From an uncultured archaeon (GTDB taxonomy: Archaea; Aenigmatarchaeota; Aenigmatarchaeia; CG10238-14; SCSR01): a stretch of 64,000 nucleotides of DNA. Position numbers and translations under genes: made by a program. Shown piece by piece: positions 18,576 to 28,722 of this stretch. The stretch covers positions 40,768 through 104,767 of the forward strand of contig CAZEGD010000002.1 of assembly GCA_964512235.1 (NCBI GenBank), given 5' to 3'. The notes below the pieces were generated by a model. The model did no database searches. It was not told where the DNA came from and saw nothing but the letters and a program-made list of their open reading frames with translations. Every line of letters starts with the position of its first letter. The stretch's first letter is position 1.

Positions 18576-19061
18576 ATGGATATGAAACCTAGGAAGATTG
18601 CAAAGCTTGTTGTATTCATATTGTTGTGCGAATTTGCAGGCATAGTCGGCTCCTTTTTTACAACTCCTTCTATAGGGACATGGTATGCTACTCTGCAAAA
18701 GCCGTGGTTCACGCCTCCTAACTGGCTGTTCGGTCCTGTCTGGATTACGCTTTATTTCCTCATGGGAGTATCTCTCTATTTTGTCTGGGAGAAAGGACTG
18801 AAAAAGAAAAATGTGAAGATGTCTTTGTATATATTCGGGATGCAGCTGGCGTTGAACGCTCTCTGGTCTATTCTGTTCTTCGGGTTGCAATCTCCTCTAT
18901 ACGGATTTGTAGAAATAGTCGCCCTTTGGATTGTAATAGCAGTCATCATTTTCAAGTTCTACAAAGTTTCAAAGAAAGCCGCAATTCTGCTCATGCCATA
19001 CATAGCATGGGTAACGATTGCTACTGCTTTGAATTACTATGTGCTGATACTCAATCCATAA
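18576..19061 (+). CDS. tspO: TspO/MBR tryptophan-rich sensory protein
   Basis: WYATLQKPWFTPPNWLFGPVW, LNALWSILFFG, PYIAWV. Confidence 0.93.
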   Translation: MDMKPRKIAKLVVFILLCEFAGIVGSFFTTPSIGTWYATLQKPWFTPPNWLFGPVWITLYFLMGVSLYFVWEKGLKKKNVKMSLYIFGMQLALNALWSILFFGLQSPLYGFVEIVALWIVIAVIIFKFYKVSKKAAILLMPYIAWVTIATALNYYVLILNP

Positions 19062-19067
19062 TGCTGT

Positions 19068-19508
19068 CTATATAACCAAATCTGAGGACTCTTTCTTCAC
19101 AAATGGTAGATAATCTTCTGTTTCTAAGAAATGTTCGTCAAAATCTGCATTGTTTGATTCTTCCTCGCAAGTGTAGACTAAGAAGTATATCTTATCTCTC
19201 TCGTCAAAGGCAATAAGATAGCCCGAAAGTCCTATGCCATCGCTTTCGCCGGTAGAATGTGTAGAATTTTCGAATCCTAAAAACTCAAAAAATGAGGGTG
19301 TATAAGAATAGCTTAGGTTTTTGAGCATGAGGCAAAACCTGTAATAGAGATTCAATCTGTTTTTACTAACGACAAAGTTTGTATGGCCTACTTCGTATCC
19401 AATCATATTGGTTTGTCTAACGTCGTATTCATTTATAATCTTCTTGAAGAATTTTTTAGATTTCTTGATAAATTCATCGCTTGGATCTCCTGCTGTGCGT
19501 ATTTTCAT
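19068..19508 (-). CDS. hypothetical protein (ORFan)
   Basis: CTTAAAT box 23 nt upstream. Confidence 0.55.
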   Translation of the reverse strand: MKIRTAGDPSDEFIKKSKKFFKKIINEYDVRQTNMIGYEVGHTNFVVSKNRLNLYYRFCLMLKNLSYSYTPSFFEFLGFENSTHSTGESDGIGLSGYLIAFDERDKIYFLVYTCEEESNNADFDEHFLETEDYLPFVKKESSDLVI

Positions 19509-19616
19509 AGTACATTCAATGGCCTTTAAAAATTTAAGTCTAATTCAAAGGTTGAAGATTTAAATTGAGTGGGTTGTGATTTAAATTCCTAGCAGACTTA
19601 ATTATTTGGGGGTAGC

Positions 19617-20915
19617 TTGGAAAAAGTTGTTATCGTTGGCGCTGGTCCTGCCGGTCTGTTTGCTGCAGACGAACTCATAAATCATGCTTATGATGTGACT
19701 GTCATTGATAGAATGAGCAAGGTTGGTGGTCAGGGTCTAAATATAGACGGGAAATTCAATTTCCATCCAAAAATTGGTGGCGACCTGACACAATTCCTTC
19801 CTGTCCGAGATGCCTGGAAAGTAATAAGCAAAATTGAAAAGAGATTTGAAAAGTATGGTGAGGCCGACACTTATTATGACGAGGTAAAACTGGACGAGTT
19901 AAAGCAAAGATCGATTCAGGCAGGAATAGATTTTGTAAGGATAAAACAGAAGCATATCGGCTCAGACTTATTACCGTTCATAATGGATGGGTTCAGAAGA
20001 GACCTAGAAGATGGTGGTGTAGAATTTAGATTGAAGACGAATGTCCAAGACTTGGTACAGAACAATGGATTGATAAAAAGGGTGGTTACAAATAACGGCG
20101 ACTTGAGTTGTGACTATGTAATTATTGCTTCCGGTAGATCCGGTTATCCTTGGTTGAGAGACCAGTGTAAAAAACTCGGGTTGATGGTAAAGTCGAATCC
20201 GCTGGATGTCGGTGTCAGGGTTGAAGTTAGGAACGAAGTCTTTAAAGAGATAGTTGAAGACTATAAATGCCACGACCCCAAGTTTCATATATTCACGCCC
20301 GGCTACGAAGACTTTGTAAGAACTTTTTGTGTATGTTATAACGGATTCGTCACAAAAGAGCCCTATGGTGGGTTGTACGGTGTGAATGGACATTCCCATT
20401 CGAGCCGAGGAAGTCATTCGAACAATACAAATTTCGCACTTCTAGTTACGAGAGTACTCACGGAACCTGCATCGGATACGACTGAAGTTGGTGAAAGGCT
20501 GATGCAATTGGGAAATTCGTGGGCAGGTAAAAGACCGCTCATACAAAAGCTTGGTGACATTAAAAAGCATAGGAGATCTACACTGAGTAGGATTAGGAAA
20601 AGTTATGTGACTCCGACTCTGAAAGATGCCACGCCTGGCGATATATCGTCTGCGCTAGACTATAGAACTTTCTACAATATTTTAGAAGGACTTAAGATGC
20701 TTGACAGAGTTGTCCCTGGGGTAAATTCAGATCACACATTACTGTATGCGCCGGAAATCAAATTCTACGCGAGCAAAGTGGATACTAATGGCCTGTTACA
20801 GACGAAAATAAAAAACCTCTACGTCGCTGGTGATGGTGCTGGTGTTTCCCGCGGTATAGTGGGTGCAGCCGCCACGGGCATGATTGCAGCAAAAGGAATA
20901 AAGGAACTCAACTAA
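19617..20915 (+). CDS. FAD-dependent oxidoreductase (uncharacterised dehydrogenase family)
   Basis: VGAGPAGLFAA, VRTFC, VNGHS, NTNFALLV, AGDGAG. Confidence 0.85.
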   Translation: MEKVVIVGAGPAGLFAADELINHAYDVTVIDRMSKVGGQGLNIDGKFNFHPKIGGDLTQFLPVRDAWKVISKIEKRFEKYGEADTYYDEVKLDELKQRSIQAGIDFVRIKQKHIGSDLLPFIMDGFRRDLEDGGVEFRLKTNVQDLVQNNGLIKRVVTNNGDLSCDYVIIASGRSGYPWLRDQCKKLGLMVKSNPLDVGVRVEVRNEVFKEIVEDYKCHDPKFHIFTPGYEDFVRTFCVCYNGFVTKEPYGGLYGVNGHSHSSRGSHSNNTNFALLVTRVLTEPASDTTEVGERLMQLGNSWAGKRPLIQKLGDIKKHRRSTLSRIRKSYVTPTLKDATPGDISSALDYRTFYNILEGLKMLDRVVPGVNSDHTLLYAPEIKFYASKVDTNGLLQTKIKNLYVAGDGAGVSRGIVGAAATGMIAAKGIKELN

Positions 20916-20957
20916 AGAATTAGAAATGGGAGCGTTAACTGCTCATCATTCAATTTC

Positions 20958-21320
20958 TTACCTTCTGCGCCTTCTTTTCGGCCGTTTGGCTTTTTTCATC
21001 GGCTTCTTCATTTTCGCTTTTCCCATCAAAGGCAGTTTGAAAGCTGCAAGTACTATGTAACCGACTATGGACCAAATGAAGACGTCTGCTACGAAGTTCT
21101 GCCATATCACGGACTTGACTGGGAATTGGACTACGGCTTGCCTGAGCCAAGGCAGTACATATCCCCAATAGACTGCACCGACCCACGGATGACTGATGAA
21201 TTGGACATCGGGCAATTCACCCACTATGTTCGAATTCACCCACATGCCGCTTACAGTCGTCACCACCAGCCCTATCAGGATCGAGAAGGCTATTCTTCTG
21301 TCAATCAACTTTGATATCAT
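20958..21320 (-). CDS. membrane protein with very basic C-tail
   Basis: TM helices, WGYVLPWL, ends KKAKRPKRRRRR. Confidence 0.65.
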   Translation of the reverse strand: MISKLIDRRIAFSILIGLVVTTVSGMWVNSNIVGELPDVQFISHPWVGAVYWGYVLPWLRQAVVQFPVKSVIWQNFVADVFIWSIVGYIVLAAFKLPLMGKAKMKKPMKKAKRPKRRRRR

Positions 21321-21400
21321 AGAAATAATATCGGAATTTCGGCTTAAAAGCGAGTAATCATTATACGAACTACTTATTTTCTTGCGCACAATAATTATCT

Positions 21401-22249
21401 ATGACTTATGAAGAGAAGCCAGAAGATGATGGTATGGTAGAAGCGATGAAAAAGTTAGATACGGAGCTGAAGCTGCGCGGGTTTTCACCGCAGACAGCGA
21501 AGATGTACAACTTCTACAATGAAAAGTTTTTGAAATTTGCAAACAAGCAACCCATGCAAATAACGGAAGATGATGTGAAGTCGTTCATTGCAGACAGGCT
21601 ATCGAATGGCATATCCCCAAAGTCAGTCGTGCTCATGAGGTCTGCGCTGAAGTTCTACTACGATGAGGTATTGAACAGGGGTGTTGTGAACATAAAGACA
21701 CCGAAAGTATCGCGCAAACTGCCCATAGTGCTGACGCATGAAGAAGTGAAACTTTTGATAGATTCTGTGAAAAGAAAGAAGCACAAGCTCATGGTCATGG
21801 TGCTGTATTCTTCCGGCCTGCGCGTGAGCGAGCTTGTGAACTTGAAGATTGGAGATTTGGAGATTGACCAAAAGATTGGTTGGGTGCGCAGCGGCAAGGG
21901 TGCAAAGGATAGGATGTTCATAATTTCCGAGAAGATTGTCAACAGGTTGAAGAGTTATACAAAGGGTAGAGGCAAGGATGAATATGTCTTTGCCGGTCAT
22001 AATGGTAGACTGACTACGCGCAGCGTGCAGAAAGCAATAGCAAGCACGGCAAAGCGCGCGGGTATAGACAAAAGAGTGACACCGCATGTACTTAGGCATA
22101 CCTTTGCCACGCATATGCTAGAGTCTGGTGTGGATTTGAGAAAGATACAGATGCTTCTGGGGCATTCGCAGCTGAGTACGACTCAACTGTACTTGAGCGT
22201 ATCGAACAAGGAATTGAAAATGGTAAAGAGTCCTCTGGATGAATTATAG
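21401..22249 (+). CDS. xerA: tyrosine recombinase XerA-like
   Basis: SGLRVSE (R), GKG-KDR (K), HVLRH (HxxR), LLGH, TTQLY; N-terminal SAM-like domain. Confidence 0.88.
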   Translation: MTYEEKPEDDGMVEAMKKLDTELKLRGFSPQTAKMYNFYNEKFLKFANKQPMQITEDDVKSFIADRLSNGISPKSVVLMRSALKFYYDEVLNRGVVNIKTPKVSRKLPIVLTHEEVKLLIDSVKRKKHKLMVMVLYSSGLRVSELVNLKIGDLEIDQKIGWVRSGKGAKDRMFIISEKIVNRLKSYTKGRGKDEYVFAGHNGRLTTRSVQKAIASTAKRAGIDKRVTPHVLRHTFATHMLESGVDLRKIQMLLGHSQLSTTQLYLSVSNKELKMVKSPLDEL

Positions 22250-22254
22250 AAATC

Positions 22255-22545
22255 TTATTTTATCTTGTTGAGGCGCATCATCACTCCTTCCATGGAATGC
22301 GCCAGCTCATCGCCAGTAGCAGTGAGCTTGACTATCTTTATGCGTCCGCGTTTTTCGAATTCAACGAGTCCCATCTTTTTAAAGCTGTTCAAAAGCTTGA
22401 CTGTGTGCGAATAAGTGCAATCTATCTCCTTGGAAAGTATAGTGGCATACTTGGGTTCTTCCCTCAAACTTGTCAGTAACTTCACTGGCTTCGGCCTTAA
22501 GAACACCCTGATTGTGTATTTTTCCTTGTTGGCCATGGAAAACAC
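22255..22545 (-). CDS. MarR-like winged-HTH protein
   Basis: YATILSKEIDCTYSHTVKLL..GRIKIVKLT. Confidence 0.8.
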   Translation of the reverse strand: MFSMANKEKYTIRVFLRPKPVKLLTSLREEPKYATILSKEIDCTYSHTVKLLNSFKKMGLVEFEKRGRIKIVKLTATGDELAHSMEGVMMRLNKIK

Positions 22546-22725
22546 CTAATAAAGTAATCACATCGGACATATTTATACCTTACAATATATTCTTTGGATA
22601 ATATGTTTTTTAAAATAGCTACTGACATATAGACATATCGATTGTCCATGCTGACTGTTGAATTGTAGATAATGTTGAATGCCAAATCGCAGGCATGAAC
22701 AGTGGAAAAACTTATTTCTTTAATC

Positions 22726-22743
22726 AACGATTAATTAATCGTT
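22726..22743. promoter_or_regulatory. perfect 18-bp palindrome, putative operator
   Basis: AACGATTAATTAATCGTT in divergent intergenic region. Confidence 0.55.
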
Positions 22744-22763
22744 TGCATTCTTTAAAGTGGTGG

Positions 22764-23612
22764 ATGACTATGATTTATGTCCGAGCGCCCGTAGTGGCTG
22801 GAACGTTTTACGATTTGGAGCCTGCAAGGCTTAAGAAGCAGATAAGTGGCTGCTTTAACCATCCGCTTGGGCCAAAGAGAGAAGAATCAAAAGAAGATAT
22901 GGTTGCTGCCATAGCCCCGCACGCTGGCTACATATATTCAGGTGCTGTACAGGCATGGACATACTCGCAAATGAAAAAGGCGAATTACATAATAATAGGA
23001 CCGAACCATAGCGGGTTTGGCTCGCAGTTTGCAATCATGAAAAATGGTTTATGGAAGACGCCCCTAGGCGGGATAGCTATAGACGAGGCTTTTGCAAGCA
23101 AATTGATTGATGCATGCAAACTGATAAAGCAGGATGCTATCCCGCACCAGAGCGAGCATAGCATAGAAGTGCAGTTGCCATTCCTGCAATATAAATTTGG
23201 TGATGATTTCAAGTTCGTGCCATTGTGCATCCTAAACGATTTCCCGGACGATGGATTTTTAGAAAGCTGTAGAGTTGTTGGTGAAGCTATAGCTAAAGCT
23301 GTTAAACGCTCGAAGAAAAAATGGATTCTGATTGCAAGCTCAGACTTTTCACACTACATTCCGCAAGAGCAGGCTATGGAGACTGACAATAAAGTGATAA
23401 ACGCTATAAAGAAACTTGACGAGAGACTCTTCTTCCGAAGAGTGCAGCAGATGCAGGCAAGTGTATGCGGTTATGGGCCTATAGCGATAACGATGATTGC
23501 GGCGAAGGCTCTAGGTGCAAAGAAAGCTAAGCTGCTCAAGTATGCAACCTCAGGTGATGTGACTGGCGACATAGGGTCAGTGGTCGGCTATGCATCAGTT
23601 ACAATGTACTAA
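22764..23612 (+). CDS. MEMO1 family / AmmeMemoRadiSam protein B
   Basis: VAGTFY, PHAGYIYSG, EHSIEVQLPFLQ, SSDFSHY, VVGY. Confidence 0.92.
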   Translation: MTMIYVRAPVVAGTFYDLEPARLKKQISGCFNHPLGPKREESKEDMVAAIAPHAGYIYSGAVQAWTYSQMKKANYIIIGPNHSGFGSQFAIMKNGLWKTPLGGIAIDEAFASKLIDACKLIKQDAIPHQSEHSIEVQLPFLQYKFGDDFKFVPLCILNDFPDDGFLESCRVVGEAIAKAVKRSKKKWILIASSDFSHYIPQEQAMETDNKVINAIKKLDERLFFRRVQQMQASVCGYGPIAITMIAAKALGAKKAKLLKYATSGDVTGDIGSVVGYASVTMY

Positions 23613-23644
23613 ATTTATTATTCAATGACCAATTCTCTAATTGT

Positions 23645-25312
23645 ATGGAAGATACGATTTTGAAGCATACTCTGATCAATGCAGTGGAACATGGTGGAAA
23701 GGCAAGAGTAGGTGCTGTGCTGGGCAGAATAATAGCCGAGAGCTTGGGGTTCAAGTCAAAGATAGAAGAGATTACTCCAGAGATAAAGAAGGCTGTGGAT
23801 GAAGTCAATTCTTGGGATCTGAAGAAGCAGAAAGCGCAGATGAAGAAGATGAAAATAAAGATTGAGAAGAAAGTAGAAAAAGTCGGGCTACCACCATTGC
23901 CGAAAGCCAAGAAAGGCAAAGTTGTCATGCGACTAGCCCCTTATCCATCCGGCCCTCTACATATCGGCAATGCAAGAATGGTGCTGCTGAATGATGAATA
24001 CGTCAAACGCTACAAAGGGAAGCTGTTGCTGATATTTGACGATACAATTGGGTCGGAGAAAAAATTCGTCATTCCCGAAGCCTACAAACTGATTGAAGAT
24101 GGATTAAAATGGTTGGGTGTTAAGACGGGCAAGCCATTGTACAAGTCTGACAGGTTGAAGATCTTCTACAAGTATGCCAAGCAGATGCTCAAACGTGACA
24201 TAGCTTACGTGTGCACTTGTCCATCAGATGTGCTTAGGAAGAATAGGCGTGACGGCGTTGAGTGTGGTTGCCGCAGCCTGAAGCCAGAGGAGAATCTTGG
24301 CAGGTGGAGGAAGATGCTTGGAGGAAAATATAAAGAAGGTGAGGCTGTTGTCAGGTTGAAGACGGACATGAAGCATACGAACCCGGCTTTTCGTGACCGC
24401 GTGTTGTTGAGGATAGCTGACAGAAAGCATCCGCGTGTAGGCAAGAAGTACAGAGTATGGCCGATGCTTGAATTCTCATGGGCGATAGATGACCACGAGC
24501 TTGGAGTTACGCATGTGCTTAGAGGCAAAGACCTTGTTATAGAGGATATGATGGAGGATTTCATATGGGAAAAGATGGGATGGGAGAAGGCAGAATTTGT
24601 CCATTATGGGATGCTTAACATAAAGGATGTGAAACTGAGCAAGACTAAGTCAAGAATCGCAATAGAGAATGGAAAATACAGCGGATGGGACGACCCGAGG
24701 ACTTGGTCTATGCAGTCCCTAAGCAAGCGGGGGATATTACCAAAAGCGGTTAGAAACTTTATCATAGGGTTAGGTATGAGCCTGGCGGACATTGTAATGC
24801 CGACGGAGATATTGTATGCCGAGAACAGAAAGTTTATAGACGCAAAGGCCAACCGCTATTTTGCCGTGCTCGATCCAATCAATCTACCTATAAGGAATGC
24901 GCCTAAAGTCAAAAGTGCCAAAGCATTATTGCATCCGGACTTCCCGAGGCATGGCAGCAGAAGGATTCCTGTGAATAGTAGCAAAATCTATGTCGAGCGT
25001 GAAGATTTTGAAAGGTTTTATGGCAAAAACGTAGGGCTCATGAGCCTCTATACGATAAATATGAAGAGGGAGAAGGGCAAGGCTGATTTTGTTTCTAAAA
25101 AGATAAGACTAGAGGATAGAAAGGTACATTGGGTCTCAGAGCCGAATGTGAAGGTAAAAATAGTTATGCCAGACGGTGGCGTGCATAAAGCCATAGCTGA
25201 GCCTGGAATTAAGAAAGTTAAGGCTGGAGATGTCATACAGTTTGTCCGAGTAGGCTTCTGCCGTGTCGAAAAGACCAAGAAGGAAACAGTTTTATACTTT
25301 GCTCATAAATAA
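23645..25312 (+). CDS. gltX: glutamate--tRNA ligase
   Basis: RLAPYPSGPLHIGN, THVLRGKD, KLSKT, GWDDPR. Confidence 0.96.
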   Translation: MEDTILKHTLINAVEHGGKARVGAVLGRIIAESLGFKSKIEEITPEIKKAVDEVNSWDLKKQKAQMKKMKIKIEKKVEKVGLPPLPKAKKGKVVMRLAPYPSGPLHIGNARMVLLNDEYVKRYKGKLLLIFDDTIGSEKKFVIPEAYKLIEDGLKWLGVKTGKPLYKSDRLKIFYKYAKQMLKRDIAYVCTCPSDVLRKNRRDGVECGCRSLKPEENLGRWRKMLGGKYKEGEAVVRLKTDMKHTNPAFRDRVLLRIADRKHPRVGKKYRVWPMLEFSWAIDDHELGVTHVLRGKDLVIEDMMEDFIWEKMGWEKAEFVHYGMLNIKDVKLSKTKSRIAIENGKYSGWDDPRTWSMQSLSKRGILPKAVRNFIIGLGMSLADIVMPTEILYAENRKFIDAKANRYFAVLDPINLPIRNAPKVKSAKALLHPDFPRHGSRRIPVNSSKIYVEREDFERFYGKNVGLMSLYTINMKREKGKADFVSKKIRLEDRKVHWVSEPNVKVKIVMPDGGVHKAIAEPGIKKVKAGDVIQFVRVGFCRVEKTKKETVLYFAHK

Positions 25313-25357
25313 CTTTAAGAAGTAAGAAAGCCGATATGGAATTGCCAATGTGATGTT

Positions 25358-25720
25358 ATGGTAGATAAATTCAAAGTCCCGAAAGAGCTTGCAGATAAGG
25401 TATTGCAGCTTGTAGAGATGGCAAAGAATACAGGACAGACTAGAAAGGGGATGAATGAAGCCACCAAGTCTGTGGAGCGTGGCGAAGCCAAGTTGGTGGT
25501 GATAGCTGAAGATGTGGAACCGCCAGAGATAGTGATGCATCTACCGCCCCTCTGCAATGAAAAGAAGGTTCCATATGTATATGTGCCAAGCAAGATGGAA
25601 CTTGGAAGGGCTGCTGGGATAGATGTCCCTTCGGCTGCAATATCCGTAGCCGAAGTCGGAGAAGGAAAGAACTTAATTAAAGATGTGCTGAAGCAGATAA
25701 AGGCAGCTAAGGGAGATTGA
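25358..25720 (+). CDS. rpl7ae: ribosomal protein L7Ae (eL8)
   Basis: [30 protein letters not shown]. Confidence 0.96.
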   Translation: MVDKFKVPKELADKVLQLVEMAKNTGQTRKGMNEATKSVERGEAKLVVIAEDVEPPEIVMHLPPLCNEKKVPYVYVPSKMELGRAAGIDVPSAAISVAEVGEGKNLIKDVLKQIKAAKGD

Positions 25721-25941
25721 AGGCGATTCTTGTGGTTGATGCTTATCCTGCCGAAGTATTACAATTACTGGGACGTACTGGCGTACGCGGTGTTGCACAA
25801 GTGCGATGCCGTGTTATCGACGGACCAGACAAGGGAAAGATACTGGTGAGAAATGTCATTGGACCAGTAAGGTTGAATGACATACTTATGCTCAGGGAGA
25901 CAGAGATGGAAAGTGCTGGAAGGATGGAAAGGAAAAAGTAG
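25717..25941 (+). CDS. rps28e: ribosomal protein S28e
   Basis: [19 protein letters not shown]. Confidence 0.93.
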   Translation: MKAILVVDAYPAEVLQLLGRTGVRGVAQVRCRVIDGPDKGKILVRNVIGPVRLNDILMLRETEMESAGRMERKK

Positions 25942-25949
25942 TGTTGCGT

Positions 25950-26117
25950 ATGAAATGCTCTTTTTGTAAAAAGACTATAAACCCAGGGACTGGTAAGATG
26001 TTTGTAAAGACTGATGGTACTGTCTATTTCTGGTGTTCTTCAAAATGCGAGAAGAACTTCGAACTTGGTAGGAACCCGAAGAAAGTCAAGTGGTCCAAAA
26101 AGACTAAAAAGAAGTAA
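25950..26117 (+). CDS. rpl24e: ribosomal protein L24e
   Basis: Manual translation [30 protein letters not shown]7Ae-S28e-L24e order. Confidence 0.95.
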   Translation: MKCSFCKKTINPGTGKMFVKTDGTVYFWCSSKCEKNFELGRNPKKVKWSKKTKKK

Positions 26118-26121
26118 ATTT

Positions 26122-26931
26122 TTATTTTAGCTTCATTCTAACTTTAACAATTCCCATAACTATATTGGGATCGTCCTTTGAAAACTTCAAGACAGTACCA
26201 TCGAAGTATCCGAAAGTCGTAGTGATATTATCATAAGATATTTCATCAACTTTTCGAGCAAATTCACTATCGTCAAACTCGGCTTTTACAGATCTTAATC
26301 CCAACCTTTCTTCTAGAGTATGTACATAGTTGTCAAAATCCTTACTCGTTATTTTTCTATCTTTGCTGTCATAAACCACTCTTTCATAGAAAATGAATTC
26401 ACCATCATCATTTAGCATGACAGGAACAGAGACGGGCAACGTAAGATCAAGCGACTGCATGGGACTCTTTGTAAGCCCTTGGAAGGAAAAAAATGCCTTA
26501 TCGGCTAGGGTACCTTTCAGTGTAGTGGCTAGAAACATTGGCATTCCGGAATATGTATAATTGTCCTCTATTAGGACAACCTCATTCAAATCAATATTTG
26601 TCGGATATTGTTTTAAACCCCAATCTACAAATTCACCTTTAATAATTTCTGTAGATAGAGTGTAAAGGTAAGTAGGATAGAATCTTGATGGGATACCCCT
26701 TTTTGAAAGGTTTCTATTCGCATATTTCAATATGTCCGGACTTATGTCGGTGCCAAAGAGTATGCTTTTAGGATACCTATTGTAAAGTTCAGCCAATAGG
26801 TTTCCATTACCAGTACCCAAATCGACTATGACTCCGTCTTCTTTCTCTATTCCGGCAAAATCCACAATGTCCTTATAGACTCCCATTTCTTCAAACTGTT
26901 GGGAAACTTTAATCCAAGCTGGTTTTTTCAT
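26122..26931 (-). CDS. class I SAM-dependent methyltransferase-like protein
   Basis: IVDLGTGNG motif I, GTDIS. Confidence 0.7.
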   Translation of the reverse strand: MKKPAWIKVSQQFEEMGVYKDIVDFAGIEKEDGVIVDLGTGNGNLLAELYNRYPKSILFGTDISPDILKYANRNLSKRGIPSRFYPTYLYTLSTEIIKGEFVDWGLKQYPTNIDLNEVVLIEDNYTYSGMPMFLATTLKGTLADKAFFSFQGLTKSPMQSLDLTLPVSVPVMLNDDGEFIFYERVVYDSKDRKITSKDFDNYVHTLEERLGLRSVKAEFDDSEFARKVDEISYDNITTTFGYFDGTVLKFSKDDPNIVMGIVKVRMKLK

Positions 26932-27026
26932 GAGACTAATATTAAAGTAAAAACTTTAAAAGGTTTGAATAAATTAATAGAAGTAATCAAGAGTCTTATA
27001 TTTGAAAACTTGTATTGTTTAAAGAC

Positions 27027-27098
27027 GGGCCGATAGATCAATGGCAGATCGCCACCTTGGCATGGTGGAGGCTCCGGGTTCGAGTCCCGGTCGGTCCA
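27027..27098 (+). tRNA. tRNA-Ala(GGC)
   Basis: Cloverleaf; CCACC-TTGGCAT-GGTGG anticodon arm; GTTCGAG T-loop; G3-U70. Confidence 0.95.
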
Positions 27099-27179
27099 TA
27101 AATTGTAAGCTTTAAAATCTTTTGAATAGATTATTATAGATACTAAAAACCATATTTTAGTGAAAAGGTTGGCGAATAG

Positions 27180-27752
27180 ATGGTAGTAGGAAGAGTTAAA
27201 GACCCTGACAAAGAGAAAGTGGAAGAAGAAGCTGAAGAGAAGAAACCTAAGAAAGCGAAAGTGAAGCCAAAGACAAAAGAACTTCGCGTAGTCGTGCGAC
27301 TAGTCAATACGGACTTGGACGGAGAAAAGAAAGTGCTTTATACAATCAGAAAAATAAAGGGCATAAGCTATTCTATGGCTAAAGCTGTCTGCAATGCTGC
27401 CGGTGTAAATCCTGATGAAAAACTGGGCTCTCTTGACGATAGCTCACTTGCAAAACTCAAATCTGTAATCAAAGAACCTGCCAAGTACGGTATACCTGTG
27501 TGGATTTTGAACAGGAGAAAAGATAGGGAAAGCGGTGTTGATATGCATATGTCTGGTGTAGACATGAAAGTCTCTGAGAAGTTTGACATAAAGGCAATGA
27601 TAGACAAGAAAAGCTACAAGGGTGTGAGACATATGCTGGGACTGCCAGTACGTGGACAACGCACTAAAAGCTCTTTCAGAAAAGGGAAGACTGTTGGTGT
27701 CGTAAGAAAAAAGATGCGGGTAGTTGCAGCAAAAGCTAAAGAAAAGAAGTGA
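27180..27752 (+). CDS. rpsM: 30S ribosomal protein S13 with charged N-terminal extension
   Basis: IKGIS, WILNRRKD, RHMLGLPVRGQRT. Confidence 0.96.
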   Translation: MVVGRVKDPDKEKVEEEAEEKKPKKAKVKPKTKELRVVVRLVNTDLDGEKKVLYTIRKIKGISYSMAKAVCNAAGVNPDEKLGSLDDSSLAKLKSVIKEPAKYGIPVWILNRRKDRESGVDMHMSGVDMKVSEKFDIKAMIDKKSYKGVRHMLGLPVRGQRTKSSFRKGKTVGVVRKKMRVVAAKAKEKK

Positions 27753-27756
27753 TTGA

Positions 27757-28242
27757 ATGAGAAAGATTAAGAAAAAATACAAAACTCCGGAAAAGATGTG
27801 GAGCAAAGAGAGGATTGAAACGGAAAAAGTTTTAGTAAATGATTTTGGACTTAAAAAGAAAAGGGAAATTTGGAAGGCAGAGACACTGCTTAGAAAATAC
27901 AGACGGCTTGCAAGAAATTTGGCGGCAAAGAAAGACAAAAAGATGGAAAAGGAATTGATAGGAAAGCTGTCTAGGCTCGGGATACTGGAGAAGAGTGCTG
28001 GGTTGGATGATGTACTTGGCATGACTGTAGAGGACATACTCAGCCGCCGGTTGCAGACTATTGTGCATAAACTTGGACTTGCAAACACGCCAAACCAGGC
28101 CAGGCAGCTCATAGTGCATGGCCATGTGACAATCAACAGCAGGAAAATGGCTTACCCTGGCTATCTTGTTCCAAAGGAAAGGGAGAAGGGAATAAAAGTT
28201 ATTTTAACCAAAGGTGAAAAGAAAGAAGCGGTGAGTAAATGA
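27757..28242 (+). CDS. rpsD: 30S ribosomal protein S4
   Basis: [26 protein letters not shown]. Confidence 0.96.
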   Translation: MRKIKKKYKTPEKMWSKERIETEKVLVNDFGLKKKREIWKAETLLRKYRRLARNLAAKKDKKMEKELIGKLSRLGILEKSAGLDDVLGMTVEDILSRRLQTIVHKLGLANTPNQARQLIVHGHVTINSRKMAYPGYLVPKEREKGIKVILTKGEKKEAVSK

Positions 28243-28667
28243 GAGAAAGAAGGAGAAGAAGGGAAGAAAGACACGTTGATCTCAAAGGTAAATGGGGTAT
28301 TGCAAACATTTTCAGTACTTCAAACAACACAATTATACACATTACGGACATAACAGGAAGTGAAACTTTTGCAAAGTGTTCTGGAGGTATGATGACAGAG
28401 AAGGATAGAGAGCAAGGGAACCCATTCCCTGCCATGCAGGCTGCAAGGAAAGCAGCTGAGGACGCAGTCGCAAGGGGTATAATGGGCGTGCACATAAAAG
28501 TCCGTGCCCGCGGCGGTCATCATTCAAAATCACCAGGCAAAGGTGCACAGCCTGCCATAAGAGCGCTTGCACGAGCGGGATTGAGAATAGGCATTATTGA
28601 AGACGTGACACCAATCCCACACGACACAACCAGACGTAAAGGTGGTCGCAGAGGGAGAAGAGTCTAA
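28239..28667 (+). CDS. rpsK: 30S ribosomal protein S11
   Basis: [27 protein letters not shown]. Confidence 0.97.
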   Translation: MRERRRRREERHVDLKGKWGIANIFSTSNNTIIHITDITGSETFAKCSGGMMTEKDREQGNPFPAMQAARKAAEDAVARGIMGVHIKVRARGGHHSKSPGKGAQPAIRALARAGLRIGIIEDVTPIPHDTTRRKGGRRGRRV

Positions 28668-28722
28668 GGTTAACAGATTTAAATTGTCTTCAACAAAATT
28701 AGTTAAATATGAGGAATGAAAA

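Noticed and set aside
21338..21371. dif-like site upstream of xerA (TTATACGAA; similar half-sites near 5657 and 7771)
   Set aside because: Only single arms; no matching inverted arm at 6-bp spacing
9400..22249. Integron (xerA-like integrase plus cassette array)
   Set aside because: No recurring attC-like hairpins seen between ORFans; the recombinase lacks an obvious IntI-specific insertion; housekeeping-type genes are interspersed
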